Assembly (NCBI RefSeq): GCF_037042905.1
Contig: NC_087251.1
Location: 22,198,001 to 22,262,000, forward strand
Direction: 5' to 3'
DNA length: 64,000 bases
From: Lytechinus pictus
Taxonomy: Eukaryota
Each line of letters starts with the position of its first letter. Position 1 is the stretch's first letter. Position numbers and translations under genes: made by a program. This document shows, one piece after another, positions 47,010 to 59,744 of the stretch. The notes beneath the pieces are model-generated. The model was not told the DNA's origin. It ran no database searches and saw nothing but the letters and a program-made list of their open reading frames with translations.

Positions 47010-49790
47010 GAAAGGGGGAGGGGGTTCTTCAAAGTACCCTACATTTTAGTGGAAAGGGGATCAAATTGGCCTTTATATATATTGCACCTACTGGGTTTGA
47101 GGGGTATAAATTATGTTTTGGCTTAAGGAGGGGGGGGGGGGTACTTCCAAGAACTCTACATTTCAGTGGAGAGGGATCAAATTGGCCTGTATTATATTAC
47201 CTAATTGTACCTACTGGGTTTTAGGGGCATAAACTATTTTCTGGCTTGAGGGGGGGGGGGGTACTTCCAAGAACCCTACATTTAATTGGAGAGGGGATGA
47301 AATTGGCCTATATATATTACCGTATTGTACCTACTGGGTTTTAGGGGCATAAACTATTTTTTGGCTTGAGGGGGGGGGGTACTTCTAAGAACCAAACATT
47401 TAATTGGAGAGGGGATAAAATTGGCCTATATATATTCCCGTAATGTACCTACTGGGTTTTAGGGGCATAAACTATTTTTTGGCTTGAGGGGGGGGGGTAT
47501 ACTTCCAAGAACCCTACATTAAATTGGAGAGGGGATGAAATTGGCCTATATATATTACCGTATTGTACCTACTGGGTTTTAGGGGCATAAACTATTTTGG
47601 GGATTTGAAGGGGGGGTACTTCCAAGAACCCAACATTTAATTGGAAAGGGGATGAAATTGGCCTATATATATTACCATATTGTACCTACTGGGTTTTAGG
47701 GGCATAAACTATTTTTTGGCTTGAGGGGGGGGGGGGTTCTTCCAAGAACGCTACATTTAATTGGAGAGGGGATGAAATTGGCCTATATATATTACCGTAT
47801 TGTACCTACTGGGTTTTAGGGGCATAAACTATTTTTTGGCTTGAGGGGGGGGGGAAGGTACTTCCAAGAACCCTACATTTGAGTGGAGAGGGGATGAAAT
47901 TGGCCAATATATATTGCACCTTCTGGGTTTTAGGGGTATAAACTATTTTTTTGCTTGAGGGGGGGGGGTACTTCCAAGAACCAAACATTTAATTCGAGAG
48001 GGGATGAAATTGGCCTATATATATATTGCACCTACTGGGTTTTAAGGGTATGAACTATTTTCTGGGCCTGAGGGGGGGGGGGTACTTCCTAGAACCCTAC
48101 ATTTAATTGGAGAGGGAATGAAATTGGCCTATATATATTACCGTATTGTACCTACTGGGTTTTAGGGGCATAAACTATTTTAGGGACTTGAATGGGGGGG
48201 GGGGGGGGGTACTTCCAAGAACCCTACATTCAATTGGAGAGGGGATGAAATTGGCCTATATATATTACCGTATTGTACCTACTGGGTTTTAGGGGCATAA
48301 ACTATTTTTGGCTTGAGGGGGGCCGGGGGTACTTCCAAGAACCAAACATTTAATTGGAGAGGGGATGAAATTGGCCTATATATATTACCGTATTGTACCT
48401 ACTGGGTTTTAGGGGCATAAACTATTTTTTGGCTTGAGGGGGGGGGGGGGGGGAAGGTACTTCCAAGAACCCTACATTTGAGTGGAGAGGGGATGAAATT
48501 GGCCAATATATATTGCACCTTCTGGGTTTTAGGGGTATAAACTATTTTTTTGCTTGAGGGGGGGGGGTACTTCCAAGAACCAAACATTTAATTCGAGAGG
48601 GGATGAAATTGGCCTATATATATATTGCACCTACTGGGTTTTAAGGGTATGAACTATTTTCTGGGCCTGAGGGGGGGGGTACTTCCTAGAACCCTACATT
48701 TAATTGGAGAGGGAATGAAATTGGCCTATATATATTACCGTATTGTACCTACTGGGTTTTAGGGGCATAAACTATTTTAGGGACTTGAATGGGGGGGGGG
48801 GTACTTCCAAGAACCCTACATTCAATTGGAGAGGGGATGAAATTGGCCTATATATATTACCGTATTGTACCTACTGGGTTTTAGGGGCATAAACTATTTT
48901 TGGCTTGAGGGGGGCCGGGGGTACTTCCAAGAACCAAACATTTAATTGGAGAGGGGATGAAATTGGCCTATATATATTACCGTATTGTACCTACTGGGTT
49001 TTAGGGGCATAAACTATTTTTTGGCTTGAAGGGGGGGGGGGTTCTTCCAAGAACGCTACATTTAATTGGAGAGGGGATGAAATTGGCCTATATATATTAC
49101 CGTATTGTACCTACTGGGTTTTAGGGGCATAAACTATTTTTTGGCTTGAGGGGGGGGGGGGTACTTCCAAGAACCCTACATTTAATTGGAAAGGGGATGA
49201 AATTGGCCTATATATATTACCGTATTGTACCTACTGGGTTTTAGGGGCATAAACTATTTTAGGGATTTGAAGGGGGGGGGGGTACTTCCAAGAACCCAAC
49301 ATTTAATTGGAAAGGGGATGAAATTGGCCTATATATATTACCATATTGTACCTACTGGGTTTTAGGGGCATAAACTATTTTTTGGCTTGAGGGGGGGGGG
49401 GGGATTCTTCCAAGAACGCTACATTTAATTGGAGAGGGGATGAAATTGGCCTATATATATTACCGTATTGTACCTACTGGGTTTTAGGGGCATAAACTAT
49501 TTTTTGGCTTGAGGGGGGAGGTACTTCCAAGAACCCTACATTTGAGTGGAGAGGGGATGAAATTGGCCTATATATATTGCACCTACTGGGTTTTAGGGGT
49601 ATAAACTATTTTTTGGCTTGAGGGGGGGGGGGTACTTCAAAGAACCAAACATTTAATTCGAGAGGGGATGAAATTGGCCTATATATATTACCGTATTGTA
49701 CCTACTGGGTTTTAGGGGCATAAACTATTTTTTGGCTTGAGGGGGGGGGGGTACTTCCAAGAACCCAACATTTAATTGGAGAGGAGATAA
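47010..49790 (+). repeat. ~120-bp tandem satellite, left arm (~23 units)
   Basis: Unit AAATTGGCCTATATATATTACCGTATTGTACCTACTGGGTTTTAGGGGCATAAACTATTTTTTGGCTTGA(G)nTACTTCCAAGAACCCTACATTTAATTGGAGAGGGGATG. Confidence 0.97.
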
Positions 49791-49964
49791 AATTTCCTAT
49801 TAAACAGCCTGAAAACATAAATAATACAGCTCTTCTAATGTTTTCTATGTTGATGAATTCATTTATGACAGTAATTTTCCATTTTAACCAATGCCTTAAT
49901 CAGAATTACTGGCTCAATGCACTAATTAACATCTATGTGCAATATATCAAGTATATATTCCTAT

Positions 49965-50235
49965 GACCGGTGTGTTGGCTCAGTTGGTAGAGCGTCCGTC
50001 TCACAACCGGGAGGTCGGGGGTTCAAACCCCGCCCGCGTCAGACCAAAAGACGTTAAAGATGGGAGTTGCTGCTACCCTGTTTGACGTTCAATGATTAAA
50101 GGGATAGAACCTCGTCAATCTGGTGCTGCACAGCGGCCGCCGGGCCCATGATCAATTGGGCATAGCAAATTTTCGGACTATTTCATTTCATGTCTATTTC
50201 GAACAATAAATTATGGATTTTCATTTTTTTTCATT
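49965..50235 (+). mobile_element. tRNA-derived SINE
   Basis: Box A TGGCTCAGTTGG and box B GGTTCAAACCC in a tRNA-like head (49965-50040); then body ACCAAAAGACGTTAAAGATGGGAG..., AATAAA and a (TTTCA)-like tail; acceptor stem imperfect. Confidence 0.8.
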
Positions 50236-50339
50236 TGTTCTATGTTAGTTTTATCGAGTGCGCCTGAAAAACATGAAAAATATATCACTAACATATGGTT
50301 AGTGGTAATTAAAATACAGGTGCAATACATATATTTCGT

Positions 50340-51220
50340 TGTCTCTGTATTTATATAGGCGCTGCTTTTCCGACGGCGGCGGCGACGGCAGCGTCGTCAA
50401 CATTGATATATAAAATAAGCAATGCCAATGTCATCATAACTTAGAAAGTATATGAACCTAGTTCATGAAACTGGGACATAAAAGTAATCAAGTATTACTG
50501 AACATCTTGCCTTAGTTTCAGGTCACATGACTAAGATCAATGGTCATTTAGGGCCAATGAACTAAGATCTTGTTGGGGGAATACATATCGAAATCTTAAC
50601 CAAGGATAAGTTTTTAAAATGTTGTCATAACCTAGAAAGTATATGGACCTAGTTCATTAAACTTAAACATAAAGGTAATCAAGTCATACTGAATACCCTG
50701 TCTTAGTTTCAGGTCACATGACCTAGGTCAAAGGTCACTTAGCGTCAATGAACTTTGACCATGCTGGGGGTATTTATGGAATTGTCATAACTTTAAAAGT
50801 TTATGGATCCACATGTAGTTAATGAAACTTGGACATAAGTGCAACCAGGGAAGTCCTGGTGCAACCATGTAGGCCGATCCCTGTATATCCTGTGCGCATG
50901 TCAGGTCAATTAAATGACCAAGATCAAAGGTAATGTAAGGTCAATGAACTTTGGCCATGTTGGGGGTATTTTTTAACTTGGCATCATATCTTAGAAAGTT
51001 TATGGATCTAGTTCATGAAACATAAACATATGGGTAATCAAGGATTGTTTTGCACACATGTTAGGTCACTTGATCATGGTCAAAGGCCATTTTGGATCGA
51101 TGGACATCATATGAATTCTTCTTACGTGAATATTTTATGCAATAGCTGTTTTCAAAGTCAAAACTGCTGCTATATCAAATCGCGTAATGCAGGCGAGACT
51201 GCCAGAGGCGATCCACTTTG
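50340..51220 (+). mobile_element. HINE/DINE-1-like element D (degenerate 5' end)
   Basis: GCTTTTCCGACGGCGGCGGCG, GGTCAAAGGTCA core units, 3' end ATGCAGGCGAGACTGCCAGAGGCGATCCAC. Confidence 0.75.
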
Positions 51221-51563
51221 ATTAGCTCATTATGTCAATCATTAAGCTAATTTTACAACATTAACATTGTTTAAATGAAATACGATATCATAAATGAATT
51301 CCTCGTCATAGAAAACTATGAAATAGCTGTATTATTTATGTTTTAGGGCATTTTTAAAATATAAAATGACAAAGGAATATATATTCATATGTAATTATAT
51401 TGGTAATTATGTTAATTAGCGCAGTATACTGATTGTGCTAATTACACAATAACATTTGTTTAACGGGGAAAATAATGTCACAAAAGAATTCTTCATCAAA
51501 GAAAACCATAGGATAGCTGTAATTGTTTATGTTTTCAGGCTTTCTCAATATAAAATGACAAAG

Positions 51564-51597
<34 letters not shown>

Positions 51598-52488
51598 CAG
51601 ATATATGTTAATTAGCGCATTATGCTAATTATACTAATTACGACAATTACATTGGTAAAAAGGGGGAAAATAATGTCAGAAATTAATTCCTCGTCATAGA
51701 AAACCATGGGATAGCTGTATTATTCATGTATTCGGACATTTTCGATATAAAATGACAAAAGAATGTATATATTGCACATATATGGTAATTAGCGCATTAT
51801 GCTAATTATGCTAATTACGACAATTACATTGGTAAGAAGGGAAAATAATGTCATAAATTAATTCCTCGCCATATAAAACTAGCTTAGGGTACATGTAGCT
51901 GTATTAATCATGTTTGCGGACATTCTCGATATGAAATGACAAAGAAATATATATTTTTATATGTATTACACATATACATATATATATATTAATTAGTGCA
52001 TTATGCTAATTATGTTAATTACAGCAATTTCATTGGTTAAAATTGAAAAATATGGTCATAAATGAATTCCTCGCTATAGAAAAACCCTTAAAGGGATGCA
52101 TTGTCTACGTATTGGGCATTTTTTGGATAGACATCCACAAATATACATATTGCACTTCAATGCTAATTAGCTCATTATGCTAATTGGGATTATTACGATA
52201 ATTGCATAACTTAAATATTTAAATTATTGCTTTAAATCGATTCCTCGTCACGGGACCTCTTAGTAAAATTACATTTTTTAAAAAATCTTTCTGGTTTAAG
52301 AGAAGTAGCATATTACATATCGTAATATGCTAATTAGATGATTATGCTAATTAGGCTAATAAAAATTGCTCAAGGTTACCAAGGTGGCAACCAAGCTGAA
52401 TTTACTTCAATACCCATCTAGAACACAAATCAACAAAAAAACCTTGTACTTAACAACTTTTCCAGTTTTGAAAAATTTCTACTGGACT
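51221..52488. repeat. Diverged AT-rich tandem repeats (roughly 180-200-bp spacing) ending in a TAGTCCAG (reverse) terminus; remnant of another long-TIR DNA transposon
   Basis: Repeated AATTAGCGCATTATGCTAATT..AATTCCTCGTCATAGAAAAC..ATAGCTGTATT; an inverted copy at ~49800-49950; ends ...CTACTGGACTA at 52489 (Academ-like TAG end is an inference). Confidence 0.55.
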
Positions 52489-52489
52489 A

Positions 52490-53840
52490 TCTCTCGTCTT
52501 TTCACATGAAAAAAACAGATGCTCGTAAGTTTCTTCAGTATTCCCACAAAACGAACATTCACTATCTGAGAAAATTTTGAATAAATGTAAATATTTCTTC
52601 GTGTATATTAATTAATAAAGCATTTTAAATTGAAAGTTTTGAAACTCTCTAAGCCTACTGCTTAGAGTACATTTTCTGGGTCTTGAAAATATAGCACAGA
52701 TATCTTTCGGAGAAATTATATGTCTTCTCTATATTATTAAACGCATACAATTTTTCCAATTTAAAGGAGAATGAAACTCTTGGAGCAAGTTAGCTTTTGT
52801 GAAAGCAGAAAAATCAAAGAATAAGATCAACAAAAGTTTGAGTAAAATAGGACTAGCAATAAAAGAGTTATGAGCATTTGAATGTCGAGATCACTAATGC
52901 TATGGAGATCCTCCCTTTGGCAATGCGACCAAGATCTGTGATGTCACACACGTACAACTCTCCAATTTGGACACTGAAAATATACCCCAAAACATCTCTT
53001 TTTGCTTATTCTAATCATATGACAAATGATTCATCAATGATATAATGTTGTGAAACCTCTGTACTTGTAATCTCATAAAGAGAACACCTCACATTGTGAT
53101 AGACTCTATAAAAGTGAGAATATAAGACTTTATAAGTGAAATAAGTACTAAAGTAATGAGGGAGTTGTACGTGTGTGACATCGCAGATCTTGGTCGCATT
53201 GCCGATATGAGGATCTACATGCCACTAGTGATCTCGTTATTCAAATGCTCATAACTTTCTTATTATTCATTCAATCTTCCTCAAACTTTCAACAATATGT
53301 TTCTTTGATTTTTCTCTTTGATGATTGATTCAGCTGGTTTCAAGGGTTTCATTGTCCTTTAATACTTAAAAAGTGCCTTGTATATTTTCTTGGATGTAAC
53401 GTTTGGTTAACTGTTAATCTTACAATTAAATATAAATTGTAGATTTAGACCAGTGTCTTCACAGTTGTCGTTTTTCTTCAAAAGGTGTTTCCATGTTGCT
53501 GGAATATTTTTTAAAACTTTGTAAACTTTATCTATTTCATTTCCATCTAACCCCATTTTCATAAAGTTTCTAGGAGATTTGATGATACTTTCCTTGTCAA
53601 CAATATGATGCAATTTATAATCTATATATTTTTAAGAAATGATTTTTCATCAAATAGCATTTGCCCGTTTAGTCCAATAAGTTTGTTGTTAAAAAATATC
53701 TCAAATGGAAAAAGGAAACGAATAGGATGAAACATTACTGAACCTTCTGGGGAAAACAAACAGTCATTATTATCAATGGCTCTTAATAGAGTGATCCGTT
53801 TCATTTGGAACAGAAGTGTAGGCTTTATGATTTCACTCAC
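52490..53840 (-). pseudogene. Degenerate 3' part of L1/Tx1-type LINE ORF2 (zf-RVT region and CCHC knuckle), interrupted by a MITE
   Basis: Minus-strand CSFCGNTEETYEHLFFSCEK at ~52557-52498; RLREFQNFQFK nearby; NIPATWK segment at 53407-53613. Confidence 0.75.
52765..53358. mobile_element. Kolobok-like MITE (TTAA TSD), copy 2 of the 14331 family
   Basis: TTAA at 52761-52764 and 53359-53362; near-identical to 14331-14913. Confidence 0.85.
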
Positions 53841-54484
53841 AATTTATGCAGGAACATGAAATCAATGTGTGCCATTGGTTGTGGTTTTTTATATCATACC
53901 TAGTTAGAACAAATAAAACATACAATGTTATCTCCAATCACTAATATAGCTCCCCCACCATTGGGCCTACATTATAAATGGGGAATAAAAATGAATAAAA
54001 CTGAATGTCATTTATATTTTCTGATATGTTTTATTTATTGTAATTATTGCATTATAAATTTTGTTGGAAAAATGAATAAATAAATAAATGAATGAATGAA
54101 ATGAAAAAGACGGATTAAGTGTAATCACTTCATTGAGTTAGATTCCATAAAAAAATGTTACTGATGGTCATCCATCCATGACACTTTCAATTCTTGTCAT
54201 AAGCAATTAATGTAAACATTTCAATATCATTCTATATTTATGCCAAATAGTATTAATGGCAAATTCTATCATTCTATATTGGCAAATAAACTGTACATAC
54301 CTGTACCTTTCTCCAATTAGGATATGGAGAGTTTTTTATCAGGGAAATGTCAACGCATAGGCATTTGGACGTGGATGGCCCAGGCTTCCTGATGCTTCAT
54401 CGATGACATCACCCCTTCAAAAATTATCACTCCATACCCCTGCATGGTTTCAGTTGTTACTCTATTATAAAAATTATCTTTTGA

Positions 54485-55475
54485 TAATTGACGACCAATA
54501 TCTTTACTCAGTATCGACTACAAAATTGCAGCTCGGGTTTTAGCGATGCGTTTACAGAAAATTTTATCATCATTAAACTGATCAATGTGGATCGGCATGC
54601 AAAAATGTTATGCTTGCTCAAGATATTATTGACTCTTAATTGTAAATTTAAAAGTTCCCGTGTCATTATTTTTTTTCAGATTTTCTAAAAGCATTCGACA
54701 ATGTGAACCACTCATTTCTGTTTAAAACATTAAAGTTTAAGGAATCGTTTATAAGTTGGACTAAGATGTTACATAAATATGCTCAAGGTAGAGTACTACA
54801 ATGCATGTGGTTGGTTATCAGAATAAAGGTGTAAGACAAGGGTGTCCATTGTCAGCATAGTGGTTTATTTTGTTTTCAGAGATTTTAGCAATTCGTATTA
54901 AAGAAAATGATAAAATCAGAGGTATAGATGTTTCAGGGTATTGTTTATGCTTACCACACAGAAAGATGAAAATAACACTGTTCGCAGACGATACGACGAT
55001 ATTCATTAATTCGATTAAATCCCTTCATAATATTATGAAAGAGCCCGGTGAAAGAGATAAATAATTCCGGTTCCAAAAGTTCCAAAGTAAATTGGAATAA
55101 GACAAACATGTTAAAAATAGGGATATTAAACTTAGAAAGATAAGAAGCGAGTTTGATTTTACCGATGATCCTGTTAAGTATTTAGGAATGTTTGTGTGGG
55201 GGGGGGGGGATGAAGAGTATGTAACGATATAATGATAAATATGAAATTTTTAATTGTGCCTCAAATCGTTTATGTTGGTACGTTTATTCCAATGCCAGAC
55301 TATGTATGCCAGGGTTTACATAAGATATGGAATTCAAAGCGTGAGAAAGTTAAACGTAATGTTTGTGTCAGACCGATAGTTGAAGGTGGTCTTGATATGA
55401 TCGATCTATATTCGAAATCAAAATCACTTATATTGTCTTGGATAAATTCCTTTTTAAAGAGGGATTTTGGGTAGA
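54485..55475 (+). pseudogene. Degenerate reverse transcriptase of an L1/Tx1-type LINE
   Basis: Frameshifted motifs RPISLLSIDYKIAARVLAMRL, DFLKAFDNVNH, KGVRQGCPLS, LFADDTTIF, KYLG, GGLDMIDL. Confidence 0.9.
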
Positions 55476-55856
55476 AATTGGCACTTAAATGGCACTTTAA
55501 AAATAGGCACTTACACGAGAAAGGGTTTTTCAGGCTCCTCCTAAGGTGAAAGGGGCATAGTACACGTTCATGATGGGACATTTTTATTGCGTAAAAAAGG
55601 GCACTTTTTCAATGCTTCATAAGATGGTGGACACTGTGCCCCTACCCCCCCCCCCCCGCATGACAGTAAAAAATCCGGCTCGCGATTTGCACTCGCATTA
55701 ATTGTTAAAACTATATTAACGCATGCATTTGATAAATACAAAAGTACACAAATCAAAAGGCCTTAATATCAACAAACTTCTTGCTCGTATTAGGCTTATT
55801 AGATTAATGAATACATAATAACATATTGATGAAATCCGAGTAATCGAATTTGCCCC

Positions 55857-56976
55857 TTTTTGTCTCACCTGCATAGCAGAGTGAGACTATAGGTGCCGCT
55901 TTTCCGACGGCGGCGGCGGCGGCGGCGGCGGCGGCGTCAACACCAAATCTTAACCTGAGGTTAAGTTTTTGAAATGACAGCATAACTTAGAAAGTATATG
56001 GACCTAGTTCATGAAACTTGGCCATAAGGTTAATCAAGTATTACTGAACATCCTGCCTGAGTTTCATGTCACATGACCATGGTCAATGGTCATTTAGGGT
56101 CAATGAACTTAGACCATGTTGGGGGAATCAACATCAAAATCTTAACCTAAGGTTAAGTTTTTGAAATGTCATCATAACTTAGAAAATATATGGACCTAGT
56201 TCATAAAACTTATACATAAGGTTAATCAAGTATCACTGAACATCCTGCATGAGTTTCACGTCACATGACCAAGGTCAAAGGTCATTTAGGGTCAATGAAC
56301 TTTGGCCGAATTGGGTGTATCTGTTGAATTACCATCATAACTTTAAAAGTTTATGGATCTGATTCATGAAACTTGGACATAATAGTAATCAAGTATTACT
56401 GAACATCCTGTGCGAGTTTCAGGTCACATGATCAAGGTCAAAGGTTATTTAGGGTCAATGAACTTTGGTCAAATTGGGGTATTTGTTGAATTACCGCCAT
56501 AACTTTTAAAGTGTGTTGGTCTAGTTCATAAAACTTGGACATAAGAGTAATCAAGTATCACTGAACATCCTGTGCGCATTTTAGGTCACATGACCAAGGT
56601 CAAAGGTCAATGAACTTTGGCCATAATGGGGGTATCTGTTGAATTACCATCATAACTTGGAAAGTTGATGGATCTTACTCTTGAAACTTGGACATAAGAG
56701 TAATCAAGTATCACTGAACATCCTGTGCGAGTTTCAGGTCACATGATCAAGTTCAAAGGTCATGTAAGGTCAATGAACTTTGGCCACATTGGGGGTATTT
56801 GTTGAATTACCATCATATTTCTATAAGTGTATGGGTCTAGTTCATAAAACGTGGAAATAAGAGTAACCAAGTATCACTGAACATCTTGTGCGAGTTATAG
56901 TAGTTTTCAAAATCAGCACTGCTGCTATATTGAATCGCGTGATGCAGGTGAGACGGCCAGAGGCATTCCACTTGTT
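55857..56976 (+). mobile_element. Intact HINE/DINE-1-like element C
   Basis: TTTTTGTCTCACCTGCATAGCAGAGTGAGAC 5' hairpin; (GGC)n; about 6 core units; 3' ATGCAGGTGAGACGGCCAGAGGCATTCCACTTGTT. Confidence 0.85.
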
Positions 56977-57060
56977 AAGAATTGGAAATCGACAAGTTTC
57001 ATCTCGCACTGAGAAAGAGGAATAGGAAGACAGTCATCATTTTTACATGGTTCCGCATAG

Positions 57061-59019
57061 CATAGGCGGATCCAGGGGGGGCTGAGGGGCCCGGCCCCCC
57101 CCCTATTGGCAGAGCAAAAAAAAAAGGAAAAAAAAGGGGAAAGAAAGAAAAAAAAGAAAAAGAGAGGACAAAAAAGGAGAAACATAAGAGGAGGAAGACG
57201 AGTGAATAAAAAAAGATGAGGGGAAGAGTTGGAAAATAATTTTAAAAGTATTTCATGTCACCATACAGTATAAAATTTTCGCTCGCGCTTCGCGCTTGCA
57301 TTGACTTTTAGGTGATTTCTATATATCTTGCTTAATACAGAGCTTAAGTATCAAATTTTGAAGTCAATATATAAAACATATTTCAGCTCGGAAATCGAAT
57401 TTTCATTATTTTATTTGATTTACAACTTGATTTTTAAAAAGTGCTCTGCAAAAATTTATGTTTTGTCTTCTGCGCACTCGCAAAATTTTATTTGTCAGAC
57501 AGAAGCGGATCCAGGGAGGCCCGAGGGATCCGCCCCCCCCCCCTATTGGCGGAGCAAAAAAGGAAAAAAAGGGGGAAAGAAAGAAAAAATAGAAAGAGAA
57601 GGGAAAAGAGAGGAGAAAAAAAGAAGAGAAACATAAGATGAGGAAGACGAGTGAATAAAATAAGAAGAGAGGAAGACCTGGAAAATAATAAAAAAACTTT
57701 CATGTAAGGATATAAAATTTTCGCTCGTGCTTCGCACTTGCATTGCCTTTGAGGTGATTTACATATCTTACGCAGTATGGAGCTTAAAATATTGAATTTT
57801 GAAGTCAATATACAAAACATATTTCAACTCAGAAATTTAACTTTCATTATTTTGTTTGATTTACAATTTTTTTTAAAACGTGCTCTGTAAAAATTTCTTG
57901 TTTTATGGTCTGAATATTAATATTTTCAGCTTGCGACGCGCTCGCAAAATTTGATTATTCAGGTACCTATTATTTTCCTGTACTCCATAAAGTTATCAAA
58001 ACTTAAGATCCCTATTCACGTCAGATTGTCAAAACGTATCGGCTAGCGCTGCATGCTCGCAATATGATTGGTGAGTACTAATTTTGAAACAAACTACTTA
58101 AAAATCCCAATTTGATGACAGTTTATCATAAATTTCGGCTCGTGATTTTCTCTCGCATTGATTGTTGAAAGATATTAACTCATGCATCTTATTCATAATT
58201 TCGAAAGTGCTTTAAAATAATGTCCACTTTTCAGGCCATAATATTATTAGATTTTGCGCTCTCATGCTTAGGAAGAGAAATAGGAAGATAGTCATCATTT
58301 TTATACGATGACATAATGTCTTTATAGAATGTCCCGGTCCTATGCCAAACTAAAAAAATGAAATATATCAGCTCTTTTAAACTGTGATCCATATCCACGA
58401 AACCTCACAATTTTCCTACAAAGTGCTTGAAATGCAGAGCTTAAATTGACCTTTTTGTCAGATCAGAATATCATATATTTTTAGCTCGGGCTTTGCGCTT
58501 GCTTTATTGATTTTCATGATAACAAAGGTATTTAGAATACCCAAATTCTAGGTCGAAATCTGAAACCCGAAATCTGAAATTCAGATACACAGGTTCTCTA
58601 TTTAAATCATTATCCAGTTTCAGATCACAATATAAAAAAACTGTCTGCTCGCGCTTTGCGCTCGCATTATTAATATAGGAAAATTTCAAGTTACTCATCC
58701 TTTTCATGATTTACAAAATATGAATAGAGTGTCAAAGTTGAGATTAAAATCTCGATTTTTTTTCAGCTCGCGCTTCGCGCTCGTATCAGTTATTTAGTTA
58801 TATACCTATCGTTTTCCATTCTTCAGGTAAAATTGTCAAAATTTTCAGCTCGCTCTTCGCACTTGATAGTTGAAATTTGTAACGTCCTCTTGGCTAAGAA
58901 GCTGCCGTTAACAGAATCTTTTTTTATCAGATCAAAGGGCATATAAAAAATTCTGCTCGCACTTAATAAGGCTTATGATATTATGTGAATATATATAGTC
59001 CTAATAGCTATATATATAC

Positions 59020-59095
<76 letters not shown>

Positions 59096-59240
59096 CTTGA
59101 TTTAGTGACTATGAGGACTATCCCTCAAAAGAAACAAAAAAAAAAATAAAAAAAAAAATTTCTTCGAGCAGCCGAACATGGATTTGGCTGAAAAAATTCC
59201 GGCCCCTCCCCCCTATTGGCGAAGGCTGGATCCGCCCCTG
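57061..59240. mobile_element. hAT-like non-autonomous element (CA..GGCGGATCCAG termini) with a duplicated left end
   Basis: CATAGGCGGATCCAG at 57061, second left end at ~57500, CTGGATCCGCCCCTG at 59226-59240; repeated GCTCGCGCTTCGCGCTCG motifs; TSD only approximate. Confidence 0.6.
59009..59093. repeat. (TA)n microsatellite
   Basis: Long TATATA run. Confidence 0.95.
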
Positions 59241-59744
59241 GTTACGCAATGTCCATAAAATGTTCAGGCCCTTGGTCTAAATAAATAATGTCAGCTCGCT
59301 CTTCGCGCTCGCATCATTTATAGAGTGTGATCCATATCCACTTCACAATTTTCCTACACAGTGCTTCAAATGGTGCTTAACTTTATGATTAAAAAAAGTG
59401 CGTAGAATATGAATTTGTTTAGTTCGAAATGTAAAACATTTTCAGCTTGCGCTGCTCGTTCGCGTTTTCCATCGTTGAAATATGGATCGTCTTATTGGCT
59501 ATCTGCAAACAGGTCCCTTTCGATCAGGCCAGAACGTACATTAAAATATTTTGCGCTCACACTGTTTGAATGGGGCGTATGAGATTATAAGGTTACAAGA
59601 ATAAAGCGAATACAAGAAGTGTCAATTACAACTACCCCTTTACCAATCGAGGAAAATATGGTTGAACAAATTTGTGCCCCCCCCCACATACTGGCAAAAG
59701 TTGGATCTGCCCCTGTACCAATGCGTCATCATGTGATTGAAAGC

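Noticed and set aside
49965..50040. Functional tRNA-Val(CAC) gene
   Set aside because: Acceptor and anticodon stems pair poorly, and the head runs into a SINE-like body and tail rather than a T-run terminator
49800..59740. Transposase or host-gene cargo inside the foldback
   Set aside because: No DDE-like ORF or recognisable host exon seen; only decayed LINE ORF2 and non-coding TEs. A profile search (tblastn/HMMER) could still reveal remnants
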